Of a stretch of 64,000 nucleotides of DNA, positions 50,616 through 61,216 are shown in pieces. Origin of the DNA: Terriglobia bacterium (lineage in GTDB: Bacteria; Acidobacteriota; Terriglobia; 20CM-2-55-15); contig CAXWPJ010000005.1 of the NCBI GenBank assembly GCA_963664115.2, positions 128,001 to 192,000 on the forward strand, in the 5' to 3' direction. Every line of letters starts with the position of its first letter. Positions within the stretch are counted from its first letter, which is position 1. Under the pieces are notes generated by a model. The model was not told the DNA's origin. It saw only the letters and a list, made by a program, of their open reading frames with translations, and did not search any database. The translations under genes were made by a program, and so were the position numbers.

Positions 50616-51085
50616 CACCGGGCGAAAGCGACCCCAAGGTGGAGCCATCAACAAAGTAAGGTGTGACTCCGCCTCACCCGCAGCCCTGACTCCAGTTGCT
50701 CACAGCAGTGGGGCATGTCGTGTCCGGTTGACAAAGGGACAGGAAAGTCAGACTATTCCTGTAACAGGCGGGCTCACTTCCTACCTTTAACCGTGAAAAT
50801 ACTTTCTATAGTATAGAGCCCGCCCGACTCGCTTGCGGGTTGCCCCTCGACGGTTTTACGCCCGATTCTGACATGTATGGGGACCCGGAGCGCGCCAAGC
50901 GCGCACGAAGGTTGTGGACTTTCTTGCAGCAAGGGTCAACACTTCCCAGTGAGGCTCATAATCCGCCCCCGACGACCCGGCGAAATGCGACAGCCATGCG
51001 AGGCAAATCTAGTATTTGCGTGATGCGCCGAACGGCCCCTTAGGGGCCTCGGCACTTGACCAGAAATAAGACGGAGGATGCACAG

Positions 51086-51457
51086 ATGAGAAATCTAATG
51101 TGGATAGCGTTACTTGCGGCTGGGATGGCATGCGGATTTGCGGCGCCGGCACTGTCGCACCATTCGCATGCAATGTTCAATTACAACCAGGAAGTGAACG
51201 TTACCGGGACGGTGACGGAGATGTCGTTCCGCAACCCGCATGTCTTTCTCTATGTCGACGTCGAGGAAGAGAATGGCGAAACGGTGAATTACTGGATCGA
51301 GATGTCAAACCTTCCGAACATGATACGCCGCGGCATCGGGATCAATACCTTCAAACCGGGTGACGTGATCACGGTGAACATGCATCCGCTGAGGGACGGA
51401 CGTCCAGGCGGCAGCTACACGACGGTAGTCGCCGCCGACGGGACGACGTACCAGTAG
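51086..51457 (+). CDS. DUF6152 family exported protein
   Basis: GGAGG RBS; ALS-HHSHAMF, GTVTEMSFRNPH. Confidence 0.82.
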   Translation: MRNLMWIALLAAGMACGFAAPALSHHSHAMFNYNQEVNVTGTVTEMSFRNPHVFLYVDVEEENGETVNYWIEMSNLPNMIRRGIGINTFKPGDVITVNMHPLRDGRPGGSYTTVVAADGTTYQ

Positions 51458-51514
51458 CACGTTTCGAGTGCGACACAAATGACGCGAACGTAAATTCAGA
51501 CGGGAGGAATAGTC

Positions 51515-52654
51515 GTGAGAGCAAGTATGACGGCGACGGTTTCATTGGCTGTGCTGCTCATCGGCCTGACTACAGGCACACCGGCGGTGGCACAGGACAT
51601 TTTTACCACCGAGGACTTTCGCCAGGACCGCGAGCATTGGACAGATCCGGCGTACTACCGAAACAATACCGTGGGTCAGCTCAGGGGCATGGCCTTGGAC
51701 CTTGACAGCCAGGGGAGCGGCTCGGGCCAGCAGGCGAGCGCCCGGTTGTACGGCTCGGAAGGTACGGGCCAGGTCGGCACTTTGGACCTGTCGAGCCCAT
51801 ATCCCTACAGGAGCGCGAGGGAGCACTATCAGGCGTGGCTCGACGAGGCGGACGGCGGCACAAAACATACGACAGCGACGATTCCCGATTGGAGCGGCCG
51901 CTGGTCTGGCGGGGGCGGCGGGTTGAGCGGCGGGCGGAATCCGGCAAGCTCGGTCGCCGCAATGCTGACGCCGCAATACCAGGAGTATTTTGTTCAGGAT
52001 GTAAAGGCCCGGTCTGAGGGGCGCATCTGGAGCGCAGGCGCCATCTGTCTTCCCGGTGGCTTTATGTCTTCGGTTACGAGTGTCGAGGAGTTCATCGTCA
52101 CGCCCGAAAGAGTGTGGACACTGGGTGCGGGGAATGGGGGGAATTACATCCGGTGGATTTACACCGACGAAAGCGGACACACCGCCGAAGATTTTCAGTA
52201 TCCCAAATGGCACGGCGAATCGATCGGCTTCTGGAACGGCGATGCACTCATCGTGCACACCAACCAGGTCAGGGGATGGAAGGGCGGTCTGTCTGAATTC
52301 ACCGACACTTTGGAGACCGTCGAGCGCTACAGGCGCGTAGGCGATATCATCGAAGGCGAGATTACGCTCTACGATTCCGAGGTCTTTGTCGGGCCCACAC
52401 ACTCGAAGCTCAATTTTGAGCTCGACCCTGAGACCCGTCCCGAGCTGAGGCCGCTCTTTAATAGTTGCACCGACACCAACGGGCCCTCGGCCAAGGTCTT
52501 CATGGACGAGCGGGGCTTCCTCAACGAGCGTCTTCCGGGCGATCCCCTCTATTGGGACGCCACGGATGCTCGCCCGTGGGGCACCTATCTGAACCAAAGC
52601 GACGAGAGATATGAGGAGTACCGCCGGTTGGGGGGAACGCCGCGCAACCGATAG
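51515..52654 (+). CDS. Exported DUF6152-partner family protein with N-terminal extension
   Basis: PDWSGRW, CLPGGF, IRWIYTD, GESIGFWNGDALIVHT, VERY. Confidence 0.78.
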   Translation: MRASMTATVSLAVLLIGLTTGTPAVAQDIFTTEDFRQDREHWTDPAYYRNNTVGQLRGMALDLDSQGSGSGQQASARLYGSEGTGQVGTLDLSSPYPYRSAREHYQAWLDEADGGTKHTTATIPDWSGRWSGGGGGLSGGRNPASSVAAMLTPQYQEYFVQDVKARSEGRIWSAGAICLPGGFMSSVTSVEEFIVTPERVWTLGAGNGGNYIRWIYTDESGHTAEDFQYPKWHGESIGFWNGDALIVHTNQVRGWKGGLSEFTDTLETVERYRRVGDIIEGEITLYDSEVFVGPTHSKLNFELDPETRPELRPLFNSCTDTNGPSAKVFMDERGFLNERLPGDPLYWDATDARPWGTYLNQSDERYEEYRRLGGTPRNR

Positions 52655-52886
52655 GCTCCTGACGCAACTGAACAATCGGGTTCAGCCTCTTTTCGGCACT
52701 GTCAGGTTGAGGTGAATCCGACCGCTTGCGGCACGGAGTCTGCTGAAGTCGAGAACAGGAATCAACGATTTAGAAGTGGTGGCGGGATGCGAAAACGCCA
52801 CCAGACAGCTTAATCTGACAGCGCCCTTGCCAGCAGCGTGAAGGTCTGCTGACAATCGGCATTTCCAGTTTCAGGTAGGAGGTTCT

Positions 52887-54167
52887 ATGCGCCATGCAAG
52901 GTTCATTGCGGTTCTGATTGCTATCACTCTCTTTTTGGCGACGGCATGTTCCACTCCGGCTACGGTTGAGACGCCGCCCGCGGACCCGGTTACGGTGTTC
53001 GAGGGTGCACGCCTCATTGTCGGGGACGGTAGCGGCCCGATCGAGGATGCCGCATTCGTCGTTCAGAACGGTCAATTCACCGCGGTGGGTGCAAGTGGAC
53101 AGCTCAACGTTCCGGCCGGAGCCCAGAGGGTGGACCTGACCGGCAAGACCGTCATGCCGGCGATTATCGACACGCACAAGCACCTGGCGAACAATCGCGA
53201 AGACTTGGTCGATCAGCTGCAGCGGATGGCGTACTACGGCATTGGTGTGGCCATGAGTCTCGGCCATGATGTCGGCGATCTGGCGTTCCAGGTGCGGGAG
53301 GAAACGATTCCCAACGCCGCGCGATCGCTCACCGCAGGATTCGGGATTACGGCGCCGGAGCCGGGACGCACCGAGGAGGCCTACTGGGTTACGAGCGAAG
53401 ACGAGGCCCGGGCGGCCGTCCAGGAGCTGGCCGAGAGGCAGGTCGACCTGGTCAAGCTCTGGGTTGACGATAGGGGCGGCACGCACCAGAAGTTAAGCCC
53501 GGACCTCTACGGCGCCATCATCGATGAGGCTCACAGTCACAACCTTCGCACTACAGCCCATATCTTTGCGCTCGAGGATGCGAAGGGGCTGCTGCGGGCG
53601 GGTCTGGATGCCTTTGCTCACGGTGTTCGAGACCGGGACGTCGACGATGAATTCGTCGCGCTGATTCGGGAGCGCCCGAATTTCGTCCTCGTGCCGAACA
53701 TGGCCGATCGAGGCGTGGCGGTGGACATGGGCTGGTTGAGTGAAACGCTGCCCGCCGATGAGGTCGAGCGGCTTCAGGCGGGGGCTACGGACCGGCCCGA
53801 GGCCCAGGAAACATTCGGAATTCAGGCGCGCAATCTGGCACGACTCCACGCGGAGGGCGTAAAAATCGCCTTGGGAACGGACGGCAGTCCCGCCTGGAGG
53901 GCGCATGTCGAAATGGTGGACATGGTGGCGGCGGGGATGACGCCGGCAGACGTCATTGTGGCTGCGACCAGCAACGCGGCGGAGTTCCTGGAACTTACCG
54001 CCGTCGGCACCGTAGCCGCGGGCAAGAGCGCGGATTTCATCGTGCTGGACGCCAATCCTCTCGACGACATCACCAATACGCGGCTGATCAACGCGGTCTA
54101 TCTCCGCGGGGACGCAGTCGACCGTGACGGCTTGAGGGCACAGTGGACCGGCCAGACTTCGCAGTGA
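52887..54167 (+). CDS. Amidohydrolase family lipoprotein
   Basis: GKTVMPAIIDTHKH, LGTD, GKSADFIVLDANPL; lipobox ATAC. Confidence 0.9.
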   Translation: MRHARFIAVLIAITLFLATACSTPATVETPPADPVTVFEGARLIVGDGSGPIEDAAFVVQNGQFTAVGASGQLNVPAGAQRVDLTGKTVMPAIIDTHKHLANNREDLVDQLQRMAYYGIGVAMSLGHDVGDLAFQVREETIPNAARSLTAGFGITAPEPGRTEEAYWVTSEDEARAAVQELAERQVDLVKLWVDDRGGTHQKLSPDLYGAIIDEAHSHNLRTTAHIFALEDAKGLLRAGLDAFAHGVRDRDVDDEFVALIRERPNFVLVPNMADRGVAVDMGWLSETLPADEVERLQAGATDRPEAQETFGIQARNLARLHAEGVKIALGTDGSPAWRAHVEMVDMVAAGMTPADVIVAATSNAAEFLELTAVGTVAAGKSADFIVLDANPLDDITNTRLINAVYLRGDAVDRDGLRAQWTGQTSQ

Positions 54168-54324
54168 GAGTGCAGGTAATCTCTACTTAGGGTCTAAAGG
54201 TCGGAGTGGTGCCCGATCGGTGCGGGTCGATCAAGCTGAGGCGGCCGCTTGCCGGGTCGTCAAAGAACGGGCTCCGAACGGCCGGATCGGGAATCGATTC
54301 TGACGCGTAGCGGGGGGACTCTTA

Positions 54325-55767
54325 CTAAGGGGTCTCCTCGGGCCCGGTTCCGCGTACCGCGCCGTTCTCGACGAGAAAAGCTACAACAGTTTCGTACTCG
54401 AGATTCGTCGCAGCATCCAGCGCTGTGCGGCCCTCGGTGTTGGTCGCATTGACATCCACTCCCAGCTCGACGGCCAACGTTACGGCTTCGAGTGCGGGGG
54501 CTTCTTTTTGGCTCGGCTCGGGCTGGAGCCACGCTCGGCCGCCACCCATTCCCAGCGCGGCCATCAGAACCGTCGTGACGGTGGTACTTTCCTGAAGCCG
54601 AGATCCCCTGACGTCCACCAGCATGTGTGAGCCCTGCTGCACGAACAGCGGATCGGCGCCATGGCTAAGCAGGAGACGCATGACCGCCGGGCTGCTGAAA
54701 GCCGCGGCGAGCCAGAGGGGCGACGCTCCAACCAACTCGGGGTCAAAACTGAAATCCAGCGACGCTCGCCGAGAGGGCGTCCATGTCGTCAGTGGGGCGC
54801 TCCGGTCGGCACCGTGGGCGAGCAGCTCGCTCACCATCCGTTCATCGCGATGCATTATCGCGTTATGCAGGGCCGTAAAGCCGGGCCCGGCAGCGTTCGG
54901 ATCGGCTCCGGCTTCAAGGAGGAATCCAACGAGTTCCGTGAAGCCGGAGTGCGCGGCAAGGGACACCGCGCTGACGCTCCAGGCGTCGGCATCGTTCACA
55001 TTCGCGCCCTCAGCCACAAGAGCCCTGGCGGAAGCCAGCGCTCCGCCGCGCGCGGCAAACATCAACGCGGTGTCGCCCCCGTGCGGGATATCCCGGTTGT
55101 AGTAAGTGTGGGGCACCACCGCCATGATCTGACTCCAGACCTCGGAGCGGGCATGAACGTCGGCGCCGTGCACCAGCAGCACCTCGACGACATCGGGATG
55201 CTTCTGCGCCGCCGCCCACATGAGCGCCGTTTGATCGCGTGCGGCCCGCGCGTTCACGTCCCCGCCTTCGGCAATCAGTTGTTCGACGACGACCCGATTG
55301 CCGGAACGGGAAGCGACCATGATCGGAGTCTCGCCAAGCAGAAGTGCTGCGTTCGGATCGGCTCCGGCCTCCAACAACCGTCCGACCATCGTCTCGCTTC
55401 CGTTTTGACTGGCGGCCCAGAGCGGCGTCGCGCCGAGATCGTTCCCCCGGTTCACGTCCGCGCCCGCCTGAATCAGCAGGTCGGCGCTCACCCCATCATC
55501 CCGGTAGCTGGCCCAAACAAGGGCGGTCGTACCATCTGCTTCCCCCAGGTTGGGGTCCGCTCCTTGTGCGAGTAAGGCGCGAAGCGATTCGGTGTCTCCG
55601 TTCCTGACCGCGTCGACCAGCGGCGGGCCAATCGCGGCAGCGCCTGCGGCCTCCGTAACCATAAGGCCTGCGGCCCCTGCGAAAATAGCGCCTGCGGCCC
55701 CTGCGAAAATAAGGCAGGCGGCGAGCCCGAATGGCGTGAGACGCACTAGTTTAGAAATGACCCGCAT
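54325..55767 (-). CDS. Exported ankyrin-repeat protein
   Basis: Repeated G.T(A/P)L.WA / GADVN motifs. Confidence 0.92.
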   Translation of the reverse strand: MRVISKLVRLTPFGLAACLIFAGAAGAIFAGAAGLMVTEAAGAAAIGPPLVDAVRNGDTESLRALLAQGADPNLGEADGTTALVWASYRDDGVSADLLIQAGADVNRGNDLGATPLWAASQNGSETMVGRLLEAGADPNAALLLGETPIMVASRSGNRVVVEQLIAEGGDVNARAARDQTALMWAAAQKHPDVVEVLLVHGADVHARSEVWSQIMAVVPHTYYNRDIPHGGDTALMFAARGGALASARALVAEGANVNDADAWSVSAVSLAAHSGFTELVGFLLEAGADPNAAGPGFTALHNAIMHRDERMVSELLAHGADRSAPLTTWTPSRRASLDFSFDPELVGASPLWLAAAFSSPAVMRLLLSHGADPLFVQQGSHMLVDVRGSRLQESTTVTTVLMAALGMGGGRAWLQPEPSQKEAPALEAVTLAVELGVDVNATNTEGRTALDAATNLEYETVVAFLVENGAVRGTGPEETP

Positions 55768-55788
55768 GGTTCGTTCAATCTCCCGTAG

Positions 55789-57129
55789 CTAAACCCCCGA
55801 GAGCGTATCCAGCGAGAGCTTGCCGGTGCTGCCGCCGACGCGCTCGACGGGCACGTCCATCTTGTCCATCAGCGAGAGGAGCAGGTTGGCTATCGTCGGA
55901 GAGTCCGACTCGGAATACTTGAGGTGCCGGCCGCCCTGGAGCCGGCCCGATCCACCGCCCATCACCAGAAGCGGCAGGTTGTTGCCCGAGTGGTCCGCGC
56001 TGTTGGAGATCCCCGAGCCATAGAGGATCATCATGTGATCGAGCAGGGAACCGTCCCCGTCAGGCGTCGCACGGAGCCTGGCCAGATAATTGGAGAACAG
56101 CTCGGTGTGATAACGGTTGATGATAGCCAGCCTGGCGATCACTTCGGGAACATCGTTGTGATGCGACAAGGGATGGTGCGCCTCCGGCACGCCGATTTGA
56201 GGATAGGGGCGCGCGTTCTGTTCTTTGCCGATCATGAATGAAATGACGCGGGTCAGGTCCGATTGAAAAGCGATGAGCTGCAGGTCCAGCATCAGCGCCA
56301 GGTGATCTTCGAAGACAGGAGGCGCGCCTTGAGGCTGCTCGAGTGTCGGCAGCTCGATGTCGCTCTGTTCCTCAGCTCTCTGAATGCGCCGTTCGACGTC
56401 CCGAACCGCATCGGTGTACTCGTTGACCTTGGTCTGGTCTCCCGGTCCGAGATCGTTCTTGAGACTCGTCAGCTTCTCGTTCACCGAATCCAATATGCTC
56501 TTGTGCTGCTCGAATCTCTCCTGGCGTGCGCTTCGTTCGGTACTGCCGGTATCGCCAAACAGGCGCTCGAACACCACACGTGGATTCCACTCCATCGGCA
56601 AGGGCTGGGTCGGGCTGCGCCACGAGAGCGTGTGCGTGTAGACGCAGCTCAGGTTGCCTGTGCACGCCCCCGCGTTGCTCGGGGCATCCATCGAAAGCTC
56701 GAGCGATCCCACCTGTGTCTCTCTGGAAAATTGCCGTGCCAACAACTGGTCGATCGACGTGTCCGCGATGATTTCGACCTCGTTTGTTCCGCCCTGTGCC
56801 GTGCCGGTCAGAAATGAGCCGGAAGCACCCGCGTGGATGTAGTTCCAGTTCGCGTTGATGCCGCTCAACACGAGCATCTGATCCCTGAACGGTGCCAGCG
56901 GCTCCAGAATGGGTGAGAGTCGGAAGTTGCGTCCCTCGCCTTCGGGTGACCAGTGGGGCATGGCCATGCCATTGGGCACATAAAACGCCTGAAACCGTTT
57001 GACCGGTTTCGCGGCCTCCTGCGCGTTGGCCGACGCGGGAACCATCGCTTCGAGAAAGGGCAGCGCGATTGTTGCGCCCATGCCGCGTAATACCGTTCGC
57101 CGGGATATCGATTTCTTAGTGATGAACAT
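55789..57129 (-). CDS. DUF1552 (HXXSHH) family Tat protein
   Basis: SRRTVLRGMGATIALPFLEAM, YVPNG, HHPLSHH, DGSLLD. Confidence 0.9.
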   Translation of the reverse strand: MFITKKSISRRTVLRGMGATIALPFLEAMVPASANAQEAAKPVKRFQAFYVPNGMAMPHWSPEGEGRNFRLSPILEPLAPFRDQMLVLSGINANWNYIHAGASGSFLTGTAQGGTNEVEIIADTSIDQLLARQFSRETQVGSLELSMDAPSNAGACTGNLSCVYTHTLSWRSPTQPLPMEWNPRVVFERLFGDTGSTERSARQERFEQHKSILDSVNEKLTSLKNDLGPGDQTKVNEYTDAVRDVERRIQRAEEQSDIELPTLEQPQGAPPVFEDHLALMLDLQLIAFQSDLTRVISFMIGKEQNARPYPQIGVPEAHHPLSHHNDVPEVIARLAIINRYHTELFSNYLARLRATPDGDGSLLDHMMILYGSGISNSADHSGNNLPLLVMGGGSGRLQGGRHLKYSESDSPTIANLLLSLMDKMDVPVERVGGSTGKLSLDTLSGV

Positions 57130-57161
57130 ACGAGTTGCCTCTCTTCAACAATTCTAATTGA

Positions 57162-59711
57162 TTATGGATCGATGATCATTGCTACATTAGACTCATCTGC
57201 TACGGTCCGCATCAAAAAAGCGGGACTTCGGACTATCCCCAGAATCAGTGACGACCAGCGGTAGTCACTCTCCGCCGCATCGCGAACGATTTTTCTTACT
57301 GTCGGCTGATCGTAGTACTCGAGTCTTCGGCCGAGAGCGTAGGCCATAAGTTTCTTGGTGACGGTGCGGGGAAACGCCTCGGGTTCATCGAGCAGCAGCG
57401 CCCGCAGTCCGGAGAGCCCTTCAACCTGTCGGCCGCTCACCGTCGTCGCCGTGGCATCGATCTCCTGGCCCGATTCGTCAAAGGTCCGCCAGCCCCCAAT
57501 GACATCAAAATTTTCCAGAGCGAACCCGAGCGGGTCGATGAGTGAATGGCAGGTGTTGCACGAGGGATTCTCCCGGTGTTGGGCGAGCCGCTCGCGTATC
57601 CCCGTGGGTACAACCGCGGGCGCGGAGTCCTCCAGGGCGGGGACTCCGGCAGGGGGCGGCGGCACAGGCAGGGCCAGAATGTTGTCCAACAGCCATTTGC
57701 CACGCAAAACCGGCGATGTGCGGTCCGGGTACGATGTTGTTGCCAGCAGCGCTCCCTGGGCGAGCAAACCGCCTCGCTCGTCGTGGTTGGGGAGGGTAAC
57801 GCGTCGGAAACGGCTTCCGTACACCCGCTCAATCCCGTAGTGCCGCGCGAGCCGTTCGTTAACGAAGGTATAGTCCGCGTCCAGAAGATCCCCAACGCTC
57901 CGGTCCTCTTCTATGGTGCTGGCCACAAACAGTTCCGTCTCTCGTTGGAATCCCTGCAAAAGACTCAGGTCATACTGGGGATAAACTGCCGGGTCAACCA
58001 CCACTTCCGCAACGCGGCGCAGGTTCAGCCACTGTGCAGCAAAATCGTCGACCAGCGTGTTGGTGGCACGCGGATCGGCCAGCATGCGCCGCGCTTCCTG
58101 TTCCAGGGTCAGCGGATTGCTCAGCCGTCCCTCCTCGGCCAAAGTGAGCAGGCGCTCATCCGGACTGCTGCTCCACAGGAAGAATGACAAGCGCGAGGCC
58201 AGCTCGATTCCGCTCAAGCTATACGTCTCTTGTTCCCCTGACGGTGGATCCCGATAAACACGCAGGAGAAAGTCCGGATCCACGAGCAGTCGTTCGAGCG
58301 CGAATTGAATTCCAGCGTCAAAACTCCCACCGGAATTTCTGCCCCGATCAAAGAACTCGAGCAGCGTTCCGACATCCGGATCCGTCACGGGCCGGCGATA
58401 AGCGAGCCGTGCCATTCTTGAAAGGATCGTCGTCGCGCAGGCCCGTTCTTCGGCGACATTCACCGCATTGGCGGCAGGCTCGGGCTGACACACGAAGATA
58501 GCGCGGCGGCTGGGCGTGTCCCGGGCGGGTATCGAATTCTCGTAAGCACTGCCGATCTGGACCGAGCCCACGTTGCCGTAACCCATGTATACCTGGTCGT
58601 TCCCGATAACTCTCCCTCTTTGCAATGGTTGCGGGAGACCTTCCGGTTCCCACAGCTCCCTGACGAACGACACGCCGACAACATGGGGGCCCGCTTCCAC
58701 CGGGACACGAACCTCGAGGTCAGCGTCTCCGATTGTCTGCATGTACTCTTCCCATTCGGAATCCCCGTCGTAGCCGACTTCACCGGCGCCTGCGAAACTG
58801 GCGGCGGCCGGCCTGCCCTGTGCCTGGCCTCCGACGGTGAACCGTTCGAGCAGTGCGCCATCGATACGCAGATCGAGTTGCTGCGGCCATCCCATGCCCT
58901 TCAGATAAGATTGATACTGCCGCTGGAGATTGACCTTGATCAGGTACTCGCCATCGACTGGAAAGTTGTAGCGTATCGCCATACCGCCACGAGACCCGAG
59001 AGGCAGATCTTCGCTCTCCCTGTCGTTCTGCAAAACGTGTAAAGGAATCTCGAAGGTTTCAAGTGTCGGGTTTGCTGGGGGAAGACCTGTCGCGAGCCGC
59101 GTCACCTGACGGGCCACCGACATGTATCGTTCCAGGTGGGCCGTCGAAATTGTGAGGCTGTCCGCGAAGTTGTCGAAACTGCCGTCCGCTGTCTCGTCCC
59201 CGGGCAGCAGGGGCGTGACATCGATGTCGAGCGCGAGCAGATCGCGTATCGCGTTGTTGTATTCCACGCGATTGAGACGATGGACCGCGCCGATTCTGCC
59301 CGGATTTGGCCTGGCCTCCGACGCGCGGTCGATTTCGAGCTCCAATAAGTTTGCCACCTCGCGGTACGTATCCGGATCGGGACGCGGACTCTGTGGCGGC
59401 GGCATCGAGGCGGCCCTCAGCTTGGCGATGACTTTCTCCCAAACCTCGGCGTTGGAGCCCGGGTTCGCAACATCCAGACTCTCGAGATCGAGTCCAGCCG
59501 TTTGGAGCGCCTGGCTGTGGCAGGTCAGGCAATACTGGTCGATGAGGGCCTGGGGAGTAGCTGACGACACTGCCGGAGGGCTTGCCGTCTGGGGCTGGGA
59601 GGCCGCAGTGCTGGATAGAGCCACGGCGATTGCGGCGCCGGCCATGAACGCGGACGTCCTCCGCCAAAAACGCTTCGTCTCGGTCCTCAACAACAAACAC
59701 TCCTCTGGCAT
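57162..59711 (-). CDS. Planctomycete-type cytochrome c / DUF1587-1595-1592-1588-1585 protein (start uncertain)
   Basis: CLTCH and CNTCH haem motifs; RLNRVEYNN, ELASRLSFFLW, TSPVLRGKW, DPLGFALENFD. Confidence 0.9.
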   Translation of the reverse strand: MPEECLLLRTETKRFWRRTSAFMAGAAIAVALSSTAASQPQTASPPAVSSATPQALIDQYCLTCHSQALQTAGLDLESLDVANPGSNAEVWEKVIAKLRAASMPPPQSPRPDPDTYREVANLLELEIDRASEARPNPGRIGAVHRLNRVEYNNAIRDLLALDIDVTPLLPGDETADGSFDNFADSLTISTAHLERYMSVARQVTRLATGLPPANPTLETFEIPLHVLQNDRESEDLPLGSRGGMAIRYNFPVDGEYLIKVNLQRQYQSYLKGMGWPQQLDLRIDGALLERFTVGGQAQGRPAAASFAGAGEVGYDGDSEWEEYMQTIGDADLEVRVPVEAGPHVVGVSFVRELWEPEGLPQPLQRGRVIGNDQVYMGYGNVGSVQIGSAYENSIPARDTPSRRAIFVCQPEPAANAVNVAEERACATTILSRMARLAYRRPVTDPDVGTLLEFFDRGRNSGGSFDAGIQFALERLLVDPDFLLRVYRDPPSGEQETYSLSGIELASRLSFFLWSSSPDERLLTLAEEGRLSNPLTLEQEARRMLADPRATNTLVDDFAAQWLNLRRVAEVVVDPAVYPQYDLSLLQGFQRETELFVASTIEEDRSVGDLLDADYTFVNERLARHYGIERVYGSRFRRVTLPNHDERGGLLAQGALLATTSYPDRTSPVLRGKWLLDNILALPVPPPPAGVPALEDSAPAVVPTGIRERLAQHRENPSCNTCHSLIDPLGFALENFDVIGGWRTFDESGQEIDATATTVSGRQVEGLSGLRALLLDEPEAFPRTVTKKLMAYALGRRLEYYDQPTVRKIVRDAAESDYRWSSLILGIVRSPAFLMRTVADESNVAMIIDP

Positions 59712-59904
59712 TTCCGTCCCTGCCGTTATCGGCCCAGCGGTGCTATGCCTGTTTTCGGTGATTTTCTCCTATAGGTTGGCTATATGCAAAGAAATACTGG
59801 AAATTCAGAACCTGGGGCAGGGGGTGTGTCGTGAGCGCCCGGGGTGTAACCGAAGTTTCACACCGCGTCACTCAAACTCCGGCGCTTCGAGCCCTGCGGT
59901 CAAC

Positions 59905-60618
59905 TTATAGCGGTCTGTTCGGGTTGATTATCGTGCGCCACATGAAGCTGCTCGGCGAGTTGTCCCAGCCAAGGCCTTCCTTTGGCTGTTTGAAGTGGCG
60001 GCCGATGATGTCGAGAAATGGCGCGATCGTCGGATGGGCGTCCGGGTCGAAGCTGTAGTCGTCGTTCACGACGATTTGCATCGCGTGATCGTACCATCGG
60101 TGGTTCCTGGCGTGATCGTACTCGGCCTGGATATAAGGTTCCGGCACGTAGTCCGGGCCGAAGAGTTCCGTATACAGTGCGGGGTACTCATATCCGTAGT
60201 CGGGAGCCCGATAGAAGCGAAGCGACTGATGATAGCGGATGGAGAAGGCCACCCGGTCCGATACATACGGTCGATATAAGGCTTCGGCCCAGAAACCGTG
60301 GTCCGGTTTCTTCAATACCATTCCAGTGTCATGAATCAGGCACGCAAAAACTGCTTCTTCCGGTGCGCCGTTCTCAAGAGCTCGCTCAGCGCTTTGCAGG
60401 CAATGGTTGCTGGCAGCGCCGAAGCGCATCTCGAAGAAATCGCCCAGGGTCGGCTGTGCGGGCATAGCAGACGATTCCTGATTCGTGGCCGCGAGTGTTG
60501 CCACTGGAGCGAGTTGGCGCATCTTTTCTTCATCCAGCCGCTCGGCGACTTCGGACCTGCGGTCTGAGGCATTCCTTCGCTCTCGTTCCACGGGTTTACG
60601 CTTTTTTTTCTGCGCCAT
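59905..60618 (-). CDS. HD-domain metalloprotein
   Basis: NHCLQSA, ACLIHD, PDHG, IRYH. Confidence 0.75.
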   Translation of the reverse strand: MAQKKKRKPVERERRNASDRRSEVAERLDEEKMRQLAPVATLAATNQESSAMPAQPTLGDFFEMRFGAASNHCLQSAERALENGAPEEAVFACLIHDTGMVLKKPDHGFWAEALYRPYVSDRVAFSIRYHQSLRFYRAPDYGYEYPALYTELFGPDYVPEPYIQAEYDHARNHRWYDHAMQIVVNDDYSFDPDAHPTIAPFLDIIGRHFKQPKEGLGWDNSPSSFMWRTIINPNRPL

Positions 60619-60723
60619 GCTGCTAGTTTGAGTACGCGGCCTGGAGGATGTCAAGCGATGCGGCCGGGTCCGGCGTGGCGACTGCGGTTGCCGTGTAGGG
60701 CGCGGAGAACGCCGCCAGAGGGC

Positions 60724-61193
60724 TCAACAATATCTGGCGCAACGCCAAGATCGGAGTGTTCGATCCCGAAACGAAGACCTACTCGGAGTTTCCCACGCCA
60801 ACTCCGGAATCCGGTCCCCGGCGCGGCGAGATTGACGCGCAGGACCGCCTGTGGGTCGCACTCTATTACGCGGGCCGGGTGGCCCGCTTCGATCCCAACA
60901 CGGGCGAGATCAAAGAGTTCCCGTTGATTCCCGGCACGGAGGCTTTTGCCCCGCCGCATGCGGCGCCATACTCGACCTCCGTCGACAACGAACACCAGTT
61001 CGTTTGGACAACGGATTTCTACAGCAGTCGAATCTTTCGGATCGACATGCAAACCGAGGGCGTTACGGAATATATGATGCCTGGGCCTTACGAAGTCCGT
61101 GATCTGACGGTCGAAAGCGGAACCGACCGGCCGACCTTCTGGATTCCTTCTTACCGGCCGCCATCACAGATTGTGAAAGTGCAGTTACGGTAA
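60724..61193 (+). pseudogene. 5'-truncated Vgb-like beta-propeller gene fragment
   Basis: KIGVFDPETKTYSEFPTPTPESGPRR...VARFDP resembles the C-terminus of 62298..63968; no signal peptide or N-terminal domains. Confidence 0.6.
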
Positions 61194-61216
61194 GTCGCGT
61201 CCTCGAATCGAGGTGA

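Noticed and set aside
51542-52675. Long antisense ORFs (also 4415..5332, 13959..15053, 14917..15951, 17417..18649, 62277..63353)
   Set aside because: High-GC codon-bias shadows of well-supported genes on the other strand.
52845-52872. Additional weak dif-like matches (52845 TCTGCTGACAA-TCGGCA-TTTCCAGTTTC; half-sites near 5828, 26339, 27388, 30547)
   Set aside because: Too degenerate to distinguish from chance without a scored scan.
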